Source of the DNA: Methanothrix sp.
GTDB lineage: Archaea; Halobacteriota; Methanosarcinia; Methanotrichales; Methanotrichaceae
DNA: 62,982 nt
Reading direction: 5' to 3'
Assembly: GCA_040770465.1 (NCBI GenBank)
Contig: JAXGJB010000011.1
Span: forward strand, 1-62,982
Part shown: in pieces, positions 21,090-30,717 of the stretch
How the letters are laid out: each line of letters starts with the position of its first letter
Position numbering within the stretch: the first letter of the stretch is position 1
Notes under the pieces: generated by a model
Database searches by the model: none
Told to the model about the DNA's origin: nothing
What the model saw: only the letters and a program-made list of their open reading frames with translations
Position numbers and translations under genes: made by a program

Positions 21090-21275
21090 TTACCTCGAAG
21101 GCGAATTGGTCATTTTAGACTTAGCATTGGTAGAGATTATCGATTTCTCTGAAAGCCAAGCAATGACTATATTTCTTACTATCTCAGCATCCCCATCTCC
21201 GAGATCGCCTCGGAATTTCTCAATTAGGGACCATTGCTCTCCCGTGAAGACAACCTGTACTCTCTTCCGCTTCAA
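21090..21275 (-). CDS. Ribbon-helix-helix (CopG-like) regulator
   Basis: KRVQVVFT ribbon followed by two helices (EQWSLIEKF, DAEIVRNIVIAWL); directly upstream of the MTase. Confidence 0.7.
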   Translation of the reverse strand: MKRKRVQVVFTGEQWSLIEKFRGDLGDGDAEIVRNIVIAWLSEKSIISTNAKSKMTNSPSR

Positions 21276-21379
21276 GTCAATCTACTTCCTTTGTAGCTAA
21301 AACAACTGTATGAAGACACAATTAAGATAGGTTGCCATTATATTAGCACTTTTCCATTGGGTGCTACTGAAGTGAGCAC

Positions 21380-21943
21380 ATGGTTCATGAATTAGAGGAT
21401 ATTCTAAATGCCCCCGCTAGCGATATAATGGATGCGATACTGAGGGGCTTTAGAGCACTGGTAGATGTGAAGGGTAAGCTTGCAGAGTTATATCTGTACC
21501 GCTATTTGAGAGGTTTAGAGGAACAAGGATTCATTCAGAATTTAGAATGGAGAGATAAAGACGGTCTTCCCGATTTTGCTTTTGAATTTAAAGGAAATAG
21601 CTACCGATTAGAGTGTAAGAATCTGAGGAATGAGGTTTACAAGACACCGAAATTAAGCTATAAAGTAGAAATTCAACGGACCAGGAATTCAAAGGATGGC
21701 AGCAATACCCGAAGCTATCGTGCTGATTACTTTGACATACTGGCGGTTTGCACATTCAATCAGACCGGAAAATGGGATTTCATGTTTGTCAACGTGGATG
21801 ATCTTGAATTAGTTAGCGACAACCCAGAATTTCTCAAAATTATGCAACGTGTGCCTATAACTATTACCAATTGCTGGAAAAAGGACTTGATAGATGTTCT
21901 AACTGACTTTAAAGATGAGCAGTTTTCTAAGAGCGGCAGATAG
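21380..21943 (+). CDS. Putative PD-(D/E)xK restriction endonuclease
   Basis: GKLAE helix, LPDF...LECK catalytic motif, FDILAVC; divergent from the MTase; AT-rich. Confidence 0.7.
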   Translation: MVHELEDILNAPASDIMDAILRGFRALVDVKGKLAELYLYRYLRGLEEQGFIQNLEWRDKDGLPDFAFEFKGNSYRLECKNLRNEVYKTPKLSYKVEIQRTRNSKDGSNTRSYRADYFDILAVCTFNQTGKWDFMFVNVDDLELVSDNPEFLKIMQRVPITITNCWKKDLIDVLTDFKDEQFSKSGR

Positions 21944-22110
21944 GTCAATCACTCCAAAGAACATTGTAAATCCAATCCATTTAATAATTAATGATTAATC
22001 AAACGGCGCGCGCCCGGTTTTCCGGAATTCAGAGATGGTCGAGTCTTTGTTGCCCAGATTCCATGAACAGTCACTAATGTTTTATCGATAAAGGAGCACG
22101 AAAAACAGGC

Positions 22111-22160
22111 GAGGGTCCACTTCATCCCCAACCTAAAGGTTGGGGAATTCGTGACCCTCT
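22111..22160. mobile_element. IS200/IS605-like subterminal hairpin relic
   Basis: Perfect inverted repeat TCCCCAACCT-AA-AGGTTGGGGA (22125-22146) extended by GAGGGTC/GACCCTC; no transposase nearby. Confidence 0.45.
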
Positions 22161-22269
22161 GCGCTCCCGAAGTAATAAATTTAGAATCATTCAAGAGGTA
22201 TATAAAGTCAAAACATTCGGGACTACACAGTGCTGGCACCTGGGCGAAACGTCTCGATTCTCATTCGCT

Positions 22270-23532
22270 TCAGCTGGGCATCTCCGGCCTCACCCTGAGG
22301 AACTTCTCCTCCTCTCTCAGGGTCATGGTGGCGTCGATCCCAACCTTGGTGGTGATCCCGTCGACGGACCGGGGGTCGAGGGTGCTCCCCCGGACGTTGG
22401 GGTACACGACGATGTCCTCGTCACCCCTGACCCTGGTGGCGACGGCGTACTCCAGGTCTTCGGGGCTGTAGATGTCGACGTCTTCGTCGACGACCAGGAC
22501 GTGCTTGAGGCTTTTGTGGGCCTCGAAGGCGGCGTCGATCACCCTTCTTGGCTCGGACTGGTCCCTCTTTTTGATCTGAACGACGGCGTGAAGGTAAGAG
22601 CATCCGCCTTCGGTCAGGAGGACGTTCTTCACATCGGAGACCTCAGACGCCGCCCTGAATATCAGGGGCTCGTAAGGGATTCCCATCAGCATCTTGTGCT
22701 CGCCTCCCGAGGGGAGGAGGCCGTGGTAGATCGGAACCTCCCTCGTCATCATCTTCGTCAGGTGGATAACCGGCTCCATCCTCGGAAAGTCCCGGGTCCC
22801 GGTTATGTCCACAAACGGCCCCTCAGAGGCCCTCTCCGGATCGATGTACCCCTCGAAGACGATCTCGGCGTGAGGGACCAGAACGCCGTTCTCCAGGGCC
22901 ACAAGCTCCACCGGGTTTCCCGACAGGGCGGAAGCGTACTGAAACTCCATCCCCAGAGGGACCCGGGTGCTGGCGGCGATCATGACGACGGGGTCAACCC
23001 CAATGACGATCCCCACCGGGAGCTTCTCGCCCTGGCCAAGAGCCTCCTGGAGGAGCATGTGAGTGTGCCTTCCGGGGACGAGCCTCGCCGCCACCTTGTC
23101 TTTTCCAAGAACCATCATCCGGTGGACCGAGGCGTTGGTCTTCCCCCCGAATGCGGATACCACGATCCCGGAGGTGATGTAGGGTCCGCCGTCCCCTCGA
23201 AAGTGGGTGAGGATGGGCAGGCTCGATAGGTCGGGATCGCTCTCGACCTCCATGAAAGGGGACGACTCCACCTCCCGAACCCAGCCGCCCTTCATGTCGA
23301 TTCCGGCGAGCTCCTTTGCCATCTCCTCTTTGGTGGTCGCGAGGGCCCGAGCCAGAAGCTCCCTGGTCCCCAGGACGTTCATGCAGCACTTTTTGCCGTC
23401 GACGTTGTTGTAGAGGATGGGACCTGCCCCGACGGAGAGGGCCGCGGCCTCAAGCTTCGGCGATACGGGGCGGTCCACCTCTTCCAGGAGGCCGGCCTCC
23501 TGAAGCTCGTGGAGGAAACCTCTGAAGCTCAT
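22270..23532 (-). CDS. UbiD family decarboxylase (likely anhydromevalonate phosphate decarboxylase)
   Basis: DGGPYITSG, NASVHRM, EGPFVDITG, GGCSYLH, VDEDVDI, KVGIDAT. Confidence 0.88.
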   Translation of the reverse strand: MSFRGFLHELQEAGLLEEVDRPVSPKLEAAALSVGAGPILYNNVDGKKCCMNVLGTRELLARALATTKEEMAKELAGIDMKGGWVREVESSPFMEVESDPDLSSLPILTHFRGDGGPYITSGIVVSAFGGKTNASVHRMMVLGKDKVAARLVPGRHTHMLLQEALGQGEKLPVGIVIGVDPVVMIAASTRVPLGMEFQYASALSGNPVELVALENGVLVPHAEIVFEGYIDPERASEGPFVDITGTRDFPRMEPVIHLTKMMTREVPIYHGLLPSGGEHKMLMGIPYEPLIFRAASEVSDVKNVLLTEGGCSYLHAVVQIKKRDQSEPRRVIDAAFEAHKSLKHVLVVDEDVDIYSPEDLEYAVATRVRGDEDIVVYPNVRGSTLDPRSVDGITTKVGIDATMTLREEEKFLRVRPEMPS

Positions 23533-23572
23533 GGGAGAGGGGAGGGCCCCTCCCGATAAAGACCTTTGCTCT

Positions 23573-24280
23573 TCAGACGATGAGGACCGCGATTACTCCA
23601 GTCATGAATATGCCGTCGAAGGTCCCCGCGCCTCCGATGCTCGCCACAGGAGCCCCGAGGTCCGAGATCCTCTTGAGGTTGAGTAGGTCTGCTCCGATCA
23701 GAGTTCCCAGGACCCCGCCGACGTAGGCGGTGACAAACCGGCACTCGGGGATCGGGCAGAAGGCCGCCGTCAGGAAGATGGCGGAGAGGGCCGCCGCCAG
23801 GGGCGGTATGAATAGCGGTGTTGCGATCCCAAGGCCTCGTATTGGCCTTGCCACGCTGTGAGTCACCAGGGCGACGATGACCGTTCCCGCAAGGGCGAAT
23901 GGAAAGACCTGGGGATAAGCGACCAGCAGGTAGGCCGAGACGATGATCGGGATCATGGCGCCGCCGACGTTGACGGCCACCGTCGTCTCGTTGGTAACCG
24001 TCTTCACCACCGGAATCCGATAGACCATCCCAAAGTACCTGACGAAGGTCTCCCTCACCACCGGGACCTTCGACTCGACGGTGAATAGGGGCAGGTTCAC
24101 CCCGGCGCCCAACAGGGATGCGGCGAGGAGGAAGAGGGCGTCAGACCATGAGAACCCCATCTTGGCGAAGGCGGTGCTGAGGGCGCCGAAGAAGAGGAGG
24201 GTGACGCTCGCCCAGAGGACCAGGGCCAAGAGGAGGATCGCCAGGATCCCGAAGGGGAGGTAGATCATCCGGTGGTTCAT
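23573..24280 (-). CDS. DUF1614 membrane protein
   Basis: AVNVGGAMIP, GTLIGADLLNL, SIGGAGTFDGIF; ATG at 24280. Confidence 0.88.
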   Translation of the reverse strand: MNHRMIYLPFGILAILLLALVLWASVTLLFFGALSTAFAKMGFSWSDALFLLAASLLGAGVNLPLFTVESKVPVVRETFVRYFGMVYRIPVVKTVTNETTVAVNVGGAMIPIIVSAYLLVAYPQVFPFALAGTVIVALVTHSVARPIRGLGIATPLFIPPLAAALSAIFLTAAFCPIPECRFVTAYVGGVLGTLIGADLLNLKRISDLGAPVASIGGAGTFDGIFMTGVIAVLIV

Positions 24281-24446
24281 GGCAATCTTTTGACCCATAG
24301 ACGTATAACTTTTCGTCTCCGTCGAGGGCGTGGTCGTCGTCATCGTCAAAAATGACGGTCCCTGCCAAAAAGATGATGTAATTTCAGATCGGACGTCGAT
24401 CTGAGTGTCGCAGGATGTCAGAAACGAGCCGGACGGAGGAGATATC

Positions 24447-25262
24447 ATGACAGAACCTCAAAAAAACAGGATCAAGCACAGCATAATGGTGATGAGCGGC
24501 AAGGGCGGCGTCGGAAAGACGACGGTGGCGGTCAACCTCGGCCTCGGCCTCGCCCTCTACGGCAAAGAGGTTGGGATCCTCGACGCCGATATCACGGGGC
24601 CGAACGTCCCCAAGATGCTGAATATCGAAGACGCCTCCCTGACGGGGGAGGAGGACCAGACGATCCATCCCGTTGAGCTTCCGGTGGGGTCGGAGAGCGG
24701 CATAAAGGTGGTCTCCATGGCCTTTGTGATCGGAAAAGACAGCCCCGTCGTCTGGAGAGGCCCCCTGAAGATGCAGGTCTTGAAGCAGTTCATCGAGACC
24801 GTCTCCTGGGGAGACCTGGATTACATGCTCATCGACCTTCCCCCGGGGACGAGCGACGAGCCCCTCAGCATCGCCCAGCTCCTCAGGCCCGACGGCACCA
24901 TAGTCGTCACCACCCCCCAGGATCTCGCCCTCCTGGACGCAAGAAAGGCGATCGACATGTCGCGCTCCCTTGGGATACCGGTCCTGGGAATCGTCGAGAA
25001 CATGAGCGGCTTTACATGTCCCAAGTGCGGGAAATCCATCGACCTCTTCAAGGTCGGGGGCGGGATGAGGGCGGCCGAGGAGCTGGGGGTCCCGTTCCTG
25101 GGAAAAATCGAGATCGATCCCGCGATCTGCGAGAGCGGCGACAGCGGCAAACCCTTCATCCTGAACGTCGCGTCCAAGAACGCCGAGGCCTTCGACGAGA
25201 TCGCAAGAAAGGTCATGGCTCACTACGAGGGGGATAAGGTCTCAGCCGAGATACCTGAATGA
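24447..25262 (+). CDS. Mrp/NBP35 (ApbC) Fe-S carrier ATPase
   Basis: SGKGGVGKTT, DADITGP, WRGP, DLPPGTSD, ENMSGFTCPKC. Confidence 0.93.
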   Translation: MTEPQKNRIKHSIMVMSGKGGVGKTTVAVNLGLGLALYGKEVGILDADITGPNVPKMLNIEDASLTGEEDQTIHPVELPVGSESGIKVVSMAFVIGKDSPVVWRGPLKMQVLKQFIETVSWGDLDYMLIDLPPGTSDEPLSIAQLLRPDGTIVVTTPQDLALLDARKAIDMSRSLGIPVLGIVENMSGFTCPKCGKSIDLFKVGGGMRAAEELGVPFLGKIEIDPAICESGDSGKPFILNVASKNAEAFDEIARKVMAHYEGDKVSAEIPE

Positions 25263-25350
25263 AAATTTCTTGGGTGAAGGGCAAGAGAAGCCAAAAATGG
25301 GGATGGCCGGGGAGAGGGCCGATCCGCCCAGACCTATCTGATTTGAGAGG

Positions 25351-25626
25351 TCACCACTTCCCCGACTTGATCACGTTCAGGCTCTCGACGACCTTCGCCC
25401 CAGCCTCCGGGCTGAGCTTGTGCTTCTGGCTGATGGCCAGGGCCCTGGTGATCTCGTCCTGCTCGTCGGCTCCGGCCCGCTGGGAGACCAGAACCTCTGC
25501 GGCGGCGTACCCCTTCTCCAGGAGGGCTTTTCTGACCTCCTCCAGAAGGGACTCGTTCATGCATAGGGGACCCTTCCCGATCTCCTTGACCACCTTGTCC
25601 ATATTCTCCATTTCCTTCGTCTTCAA
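25351..25626 (-). CDS. Hypothetical protein
   Basis: GGAGGTGA RBS upstream of TTG; host-like codons. Confidence 0.6.
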   Translation of the reverse strand: MKTKEMENMDKVVKEIGKGPLCMNESLLEEVRKALLEKGYAAAEVLVSQRAGADEQDEITRALAISQKHKLSPEAGAKVVESLNVIKSGKW

Positions 25627-25783
25627 GCTTTCACCTCCAGTCTTTGCTTTAGCTAATTTTAGCCAATATATGTACGGGCAAACTTATTAAATTTTCGCCA
25701 AGACGAAACGAGGAGGGGAGATCCGGAATGATTGTCGACCACCTCCAAAAAGATCTTCAGCTCGTCGGGCCAATATTCCGTTC

Positions 25784-26362
25784 ATGACTCTCCACGTCAA
25801 CAAGAGGGGGGTTCGGGTCCTGGGGGTGGCCGAGAGCTTTCTGAAGACAGAGCCGCAGTCGAGGCTGGCCGGCGTCGTCATGAGAAAGGACCTCCGGATC
25901 GACGGGTTTGGCTTCGCCCGGATATCCGTCGGAGGTGACGACGCCACCGAAGGTGTTCTGGATATATGGAGGAGGCTTGAGAGAAGCGACGTCAACGCCA
26001 TCCTCCTGAACGGATCGATCATAAGCTGGTTCAACATCGTCGATCTCGACATAGTCTTTCAGGAGACGGAGATCCCGGTGATAAGCCTCACCTACGAGGA
26101 GTCGGCGGGAATCGAGGGTTACATCAGGGAGTACTTTCCTCATCCCGATGAGAAGATCGAGAGGTACCGAAGGCTCGGTCCGAGGGAGCCGGTCAGGCTG
26201 AAGACGGGCTTTGAGGTCTATGCGAGGTCCCTCGGGGCGACGGCGGAGGAGACGAAGGGGCTCCTAAACTCCTTCATCCTGGAGGGGAAGATCCCCGAGC
26301 CCCTCCGGGTGGCGAGGCTTCTTGCGAGGAGCGTCCTTGCGGAGGAACTCCGAGGGGCTTGA
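25784..26362 (+). CDS. DUF99 family (endonuclease V-like) protein
   Basis: RVLGVAESF, VGGDDAT, SWFNIVD, KIPEPLRVA. Confidence 0.87.
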   Translation: MTLHVNKRGVRVLGVAESFLKTEPQSRLAGVVMRKDLRIDGFGFARISVGGDDATEGVLDIWRRLERSDVNAILLNGSIISWFNIVDLDIVFQETEIPVISLTYEESAGIEGYIREYFPHPDEKIERYRRLGPREPVRLKTGFEVYARSLGATAEETKGLLNSFILEGKIPEPLRVARLLARSVLAEELRGA

Positions 26363-26483
26363 AAAGATGCTATAGGATAATGATAGGATACGATAGGATA
26401 TAGCGAGATCAACAGGACTTGATCAGAAACTACGAGATTGCAGATACGAGATTGCAGAGCTGGCTTGGCTCGGAGGCGTTAGT

Positions 26484-26810
26484 GGGCGCGAGTCTGGAGA
26501 GTAAGCCCCCTTCTGTTCGTGCCTATTGGCATTGGCGGCATTCAGCTTAGCGCCATACCCGGGCGTTGGCTGGACTCCATCGATCGCCCTTATTTTGGCT
26601 TGCACCCGCAGGGATTCGCCGTTTCATCTGCCTTCCTCGCGACCTCAGCCTTTCGGCATCATGGCATTGGCGAGGTGCAGTCTCGTTTCTGTGCCAGAGC
26701 CAGAGCTCTCGCCCTACACCCGAAGAGGTGTCTGCGTGTCCAGAGGTGGGGGGACTTTCCACACCGGCGAAGGGTTCGCCAGCGGCAGCCGCCCTTCCAC
26801 TCTCGCGCCC
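26484..26810 (-). ncRNA. rnpB: Archaeal RNase P RNA
   Basis: Minus strand: P1 GGGCGCGAG/CTCGCGCCC ends; GGAAAGTCCCCCCAC near the 5' end and AACAGAAGGGGGCTTAC near the 3' end form P4. Confidence 0.93.
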
Positions 26811-26830
26811 GGCCCGGAAAGGGGAGGAAG

Positions 26831-26840
26831 ATATAAAAAG
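26831..26840 (-). promoter_or_regulatory. TATA box of rnpB
   Basis: CTTTTTATAT on the minus strand about 25 nt upstream of the RNA 5' end. Confidence 0.6.
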
Positions 26841-26959
26841 GCTTTGTAGCGAGCTGCGAGGGTCCGGCCACCCATGCGGTTTTGCCTCGAAAAGAGATGG
26901 ACCCGGGAGTCTTTGGGGCCAGGAAAAAAGGAGGGGACGGGGACGAGCCGGACCGAGGC

Positions 26960-27664
26960 TCAGGTTCCCCCAATCGTCCAGACCGAGAAGTTGTCGAAGC
27001 TGACTGTGACGTTCTCCCCGCCGCAGGCGGTCGTCCCGGCCATGATGCCCACGTTTCCTTCGGGGAATGTGTCGTCGGCGTATTCGGCGAGCCGGATGCC
27101 GTTGGCGAAGAAGGATAGGGAGTCTCCCTGGCGTTTCACCTGGATGAGGTTAGTCTCTTTTCCAAGGTTTATGGCTTCGGATCTGGTCCAGGGATCGTTC
27201 CGGGTCCAGTTGCCTTCATCCCTCATGGCGAACTTGAAGTATCCGTCTCCGGATATCATGAACAGATAGTAGTTGGACCAGTCGATCCAGCCGGTCATCA
27301 GCCCGTAGACGTTGTCGTCGGGGCCACCGATCGGGGTCGCCTCCACCTCCACGATGCAGTCGCCGAAGGACTTTCCGGACTGGACCCGCCACCAGGAGTC
27401 TGCGGGGACGACGTTTATGATGTACCTGCCAGCCTCGCAGTAGTTGCTCTGGTTCTCGCCGCGGACGCATCCCCAGTCCGCAAGCTTTGTGGTCTCGAAT
27501 TCGTCGATGAAGAGGAGCTCCCCCTTCTGAAGCTCCAAACCCGTCTCATTTGCCGAATCGGCTCCCGTCCCCGTTCCCGTCTCCTCCGCCGTGATGCCGA
27601 GGGAGCTTGGCAGGAGAAGGATGGTCAAAAGGCACGTCAGAGCCATACGAAATGAAGAGTTCAT
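26960..27664 (-). CDS. Secreted ConA-like / DUF1080-like beta-sandwich protein
   Basis: Signal peptide; YGL...NYYLFMISGDGYF, LSFFANG, GNVGI, VSFDNFSV. Confidence 0.7.
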   Translation of the reverse strand: MNSSFRMALTCLLTILLLPSSLGITAEETGTGTGADSANETGLELQKGELLFIDEFETTKLADWGCVRGENQSNYCEAGRYIINVVPADSWWRVQSGKSFGDCIVEVEATPIGGPDDNVYGLMTGWIDWSNYYLFMISGDGYFKFAMRDEGNWTRNDPWTRSEAINLGKETNLIQVKRQGDSLSFFANGIRLAEYADDTFPEGNVGIMAGTTACGGENVTVSFDNFSVWTIGGT

Positions 27665-27882
27665 GATCAAACCTCCTGTTCATTATCGATATTTTCGTGA
27701 GGCGGTGGCCGATGATCTCCACAAAAAGCCGCATCTCAGCAAGAACCATGGAGACTGCTGATTATAAATATTTATTCGTAACTTCGGGCCGTCAGAACTT
27801 TAGAACAGGATCAAGCGGATCGGCAGATCGGTGCTGGTGGCTGCCATCAAGATCTGCGGTGCGGTCAGAGGTGCAGGCGCCT

Positions 27883-27910
27883 GGGCGGCGCCGGATGGGG
27901 GAGGCTGCTG
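27883..27910 (+). repeat. Dispersed intergenic repeat, copy 1
   Basis: GGGCGGCGCCGGATGGGGGAGGCTGCTG; 27/28 identical to 29332-29359. Confidence 0.75.
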
Positions 27911-28108
27911 GATGATCCGTTTTTGAGTTGGAGCAAGAATCGGTTCGCAGTTCAGCTATCAGGGAGACTTAAAATAATATGGCATCGGCCCGAAGGCACA
28001 TCAACGGTTCTCTTCGAACTTGATGCCGAAAAACCAGCAAAATCCACCAAAAACAGTTAATCTTTTAATCAGAAGATGGAAAGCTTTTTACATCATAAGT
28101 GAGAACAG

Positions 28109-29239
28109 TTGATAAAAGGAGGAATTGAAATCGCCACCAAAGAAGTAATTCTGGCCGTTCTGGCTCTTGGGGTGCTGTTTGCAGGTACTGCCTCTGGCGC
28201 TGGTGCCATGAATGGTAATGCCCAAAAAATCGCATCCATGGAGGACTTCCAGCTGTTGGAGTGGGGCTCCTTCTGGGCAGTCGACCTCCAGGGTGAGATG
28301 TTCTTTGCTGCCTACACTGAAGGAGGCCATCTGGCGGAGAGTTCGATAGAGACCGACCTGACGAAGTCCAGCAAACTATCGCGGGTGCTGATCGACGACG
28401 TCGATGATCGCGTCTTCACTTCGGGCATGCCCCTGGAGCTGGAGGAGGGGTACGAGCTGGCGATCCAGTCCATCGACCTCGACGGAAACAAGGTCTTCGT
28501 CCAGCTGATGAAGGACGGTGCAGTCGTCGACTCTGCCGTAGTGGAGCCCTCCATGGAAGGAGCAGACGTAGACGACAAGACCTACACCTACGCGGTGGGT
28601 CTGGGCGGAGCTGAGGAGATCGCCATAATAGCCGTCCATTTCAAGAACTCCTTCCGAGGAGCCGACAGGGACCTGGCCACCGTCGACGGGATCTGGCAGA
28701 TCTCTGATACCCCTATCGAGATCGGGGAGGGAGATGTCCGGGTTCCTCAGTGGCAAAATTTCGAGCTGGATGATTGGGGGCACTTCTATATCCTCGAATT
28801 GGACGGAGAGGAGTACTTTGCCGCCTACGCCGACGACGGCTGCCTGTACGACGGCTCGAAGGAACCGGACCTTGTGAAGCACAACCTGCTCTCTCGGATC
28901 ATCTACGACGACGGTCAGGAGAGGACCTTCACCAGCGGCACGTCGCTGGAGCTGGAGGAGGGATACGAGCTGGCGATCGAATCGATCGACCTGGACGGCA
29001 ACAAGGTATACGTCGAACTTCGGAAGGATGGCAGGGTTGTTGATGCAGAAATTATCGATGCCGGAGTGCCGGGAGCTGCCGCCGAGGAGAAGACCTTCAC
29101 CTACACCAGGGACATGGGCGGAGCCGAGGATGTGGTCATAATAGCGGTCCACTTCGAGAGATCCTTCAGGGGGGCCGATCAAGACCTGGCCACCATTGAC
29201 GGGATCTGGCAGATCTCCGAGACTCCAATCAGCGTCTAG
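28109..29239 (+). CDS. S-layer domain protein (Methanosarcinales type) with internal duplication
   Basis: Signal peptide; two copies of LELEEGYELAI.SIDLDGNKV...IIAVHF..SFRGAD.DLAT.DGIWQIS; start uncertain. Confidence 0.85.
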   Translation: MIKGGIEIATKEVILAVLALGVLFAGTASGAGAMNGNAQKIASMEDFQLLEWGSFWAVDLQGEMFFAAYTEGGHLAESSIETDLTKSSKLSRVLIDDVDDRVFTSGMPLELEEGYELAIQSIDLDGNKVFVQLMKDGAVVDSAVVEPSMEGADVDDKTYTYAVGLGGAEEIAIIAVHFKNSFRGADRDLATVDGIWQISDTPIEIGEGDVRVPQWQNFELDDWGHFYILELDGEEYFAAYADDGCLYDGSKEPDLVKHNLLSRIIYDDGQERTFTSGTSLELEEGYELAIESIDLDGNKVYVELRKDGRVVDAEIIDAGVPGAAAEEKTFTYTRDMGGAEDVVIIAVHFERSFRGADQDLATIDGIWQISETPISV

Positions 29240-29331
29240 GAGGCGATATCCAAAGGAAGATCGCCAATATTACCAGGGCTCCGAGCATAGATCGACCGCC
29301 GCCCGGAAGACGTCGTAGGGGCGCGGCTCTC

Positions 29332-29359
29332 GGGCGGCGCCGGATGGGTGAGGCTGCTG
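29332..29359 (+). repeat. Dispersed intergenic repeat, copy 2
   Basis: GGGCGGCGCCGGATGGGTGAGGCTGCTG. Confidence 0.75.
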
Positions 29360-29403
29360 CCTGGCGCGGTGAAGTTTGCCGAGATGTGGAGATCGAGGCC
29401 TAT

Positions 29404-29505
29404 ATGATTGAGCAGAGGGGGGGCGGCTTTATAATCACGGCGTTTCTCACGAGAAGGTTGAAGCAGCTTGAAAGGAGGGCGAAGATATGGGCGCGGCAGA
29501 GGTAG
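29404..29505 (+). pseudogene. C-terminal remnant of the toxin-like partner of DUF2283
   Basis: Manual translation MIEQRGGGFIITAFLTRRLKQLERRAKIWARQR overlaps the DUF2283 start; GFIITAF resembles the final strand of RelE/DUF4258-like partners. Confidence 0.55.
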
Positions 29506-29735
29506 AGAAGGTCTCGGCACTGGTCCCCCACCTGCTCACCATCCCCCATAAGAAGATCTGGGTCGATTACGACGAAGAGGCTGACGTGCTTTACGTGAAC
29601 TTCAAGAAGCCGAGCCGTGCCGACGACTCCGAGCTGACCGACGACGACGTCATAATCAGGCGCGAGAAGGGCGAGGTGGTGGGGATGACCTTCCTCAACG
29701 CAGCCAAAAGGTTCGGGACGAAGAGCCAGGCCTGA
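29487..29735 (+). CDS. DUF2283 antitoxin-like protein
   Basis: WVDYDEEADVLYVNF, GEVVGMTFLNA. Confidence 0.85.
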   Translation: MGAAEVEKVSALVPHLLTIPHKKIWVDYDEEADVLYVNFKKPSRADDSELTDDDVIIRREKGEVVGMTFLNAAKRFGTKSQA

Positions 29736-29774
29736 GCCGGAGACGATAAACAGCGTAATAATCTCCAAGATACC

Positions 29775-30083
29775 ATGAGACGATCCGAGATCCTCCAGAC
29801 GCTGGAAGCCCGCAGGGATGAGCTGGTCGGGATGGGTGTTAAGAGCCTCGCCATCTTTGGGTCCGCAGCCAGGGACGAGGCCCGGCCAGAGAGCGACGTG
29901 GACGTCCTGGTGGAGTTTGCTGGCCCTGCCACCTTCAACGGCTACATGGACCTGAAGTTCTTTTTGGAGGATCTTCTGGGCCGTCCGGTGGATCTAGTCA
30001 CCAGTAGGTCGATCCGGCCGAGGCTGAAGGAGCGGATCGAGAGCGAGGCCCAATATGTCCAGGGACTACAGGCTCTATCTTGA
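29775..30083 (+). CDS. Minimal nucleotidyltransferase (MNT) antitoxin
   Basis: IFGSAARDEARPESDVDVLVEF, GRPVDLVT. Confidence 0.92.
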   Translation: MRRSEILQTLEARRDELVGMGVKSLAIFGSAARDEARPESDVDVLVEFAGPATFNGYMDLKFFLEDLLGRPVDLVTSRSIRPRLKERIESEAQYVQGLQALS

Positions 30084-30110
30084 GGACATGCAGATCTCCT
30101 GCAGGAAGCG
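30055..30110 (+). pseudogene. Truncated HEPN (DUF86/HepT) toxin
   Basis: ATG 30055 MSRDYRLYLEDMQISCRK is a typical HepT start overlapping MNT; homology is lost after about 18 codons. Confidence 0.7.
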
Positions 30111-30180
30111 GTTTGGTTGTGCTGATGGTGGGGGGGGCCCCAACCGTTAAATCCCTTCAGAGTCATAACGGTCAGATGAC

Positions 30181-30435
30181 ATGTTTTCAGAGTACGTGGA
30201 GACGGCGCTAGCCAGGGCGGAATACAAGGTGATCGAGGACGATGAGCCCTACTTCGCCTCGGTCCCCGAGCTGCCCGGCGTCTGGGCATCGGGCAGAACG
30301 GTAGAGGAGTGCAGAAAGGAGCTGATCGAGATCATCGAGGAGTGGATCGTGGCAAGACTCCAGAGGGGGCTTCCGATTCCGCCGATGGGCGAGCACAAGA
30401 TCGGCGGCGCCGAGGAGCAGGTTTCCGTTGTCTAA
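30181..30435 (+). CDS. hicB: HicB family antitoxin
   Basis: YFASVPELPGVWASGRTVEECRKEL, GLPIP. Confidence 0.88.
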   Translation: MFSEYVETALARAEYKVIEDDEPYFASVPELPGVWASGRTVEECRKELIEIIEEWIVARLQRGLPIPPMGEHKIGGAEEQVSVV

Positions 30436-30646
30436 GCTCGTGCCGGTCTCTTACAGGGAGCTGATAAGAAAGCTCAGAAAGCTGGGGTTCGAAGGCCCCC
30501 ATTCCGGCGGAAAGCATCCGTACATGGTCAGGGGAGATCTGGTCCTGATCATTCCAAACCCTCACAAAGCGACGATTGGAGTCGGACTGTTGGCCGAGAT
30601 TTTGAAGAGGAGCGAGATCGATCGAGAGGAGTGGCTTTCGGCCTGA
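30428..30646 (+). CDS. hicA: HicA family toxin
   Basis: LRKLGFEGPHSGGKHPYM, IPNPH, LLAEILK. Confidence 0.88.
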   Translation: MSKLVPVSYRELIRKLRKLGFEGPHSGGKHPYMVRGDLVLIIPNPHKATIGVGLLAEILKRSEIDREEWLSA

Positions 30647-30717
30647 GGGAAAATAAGCGCACCGTCAGAATGTTTTTCGGGATTCTTTGAGACAGGAGCA
30701 ACCCGTCCGGATCTACC

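Noticed and set aside
26372-26458. Short duplications (GATAGGATA, TACGAGATTGCAGA)
   Set aside because: Two to three copies only; ordinary slippage between convergent genes.
26423-27003. Several 60-145 aa ORFs
   Set aside because: They overlap the RNase P RNA and are explained by it.
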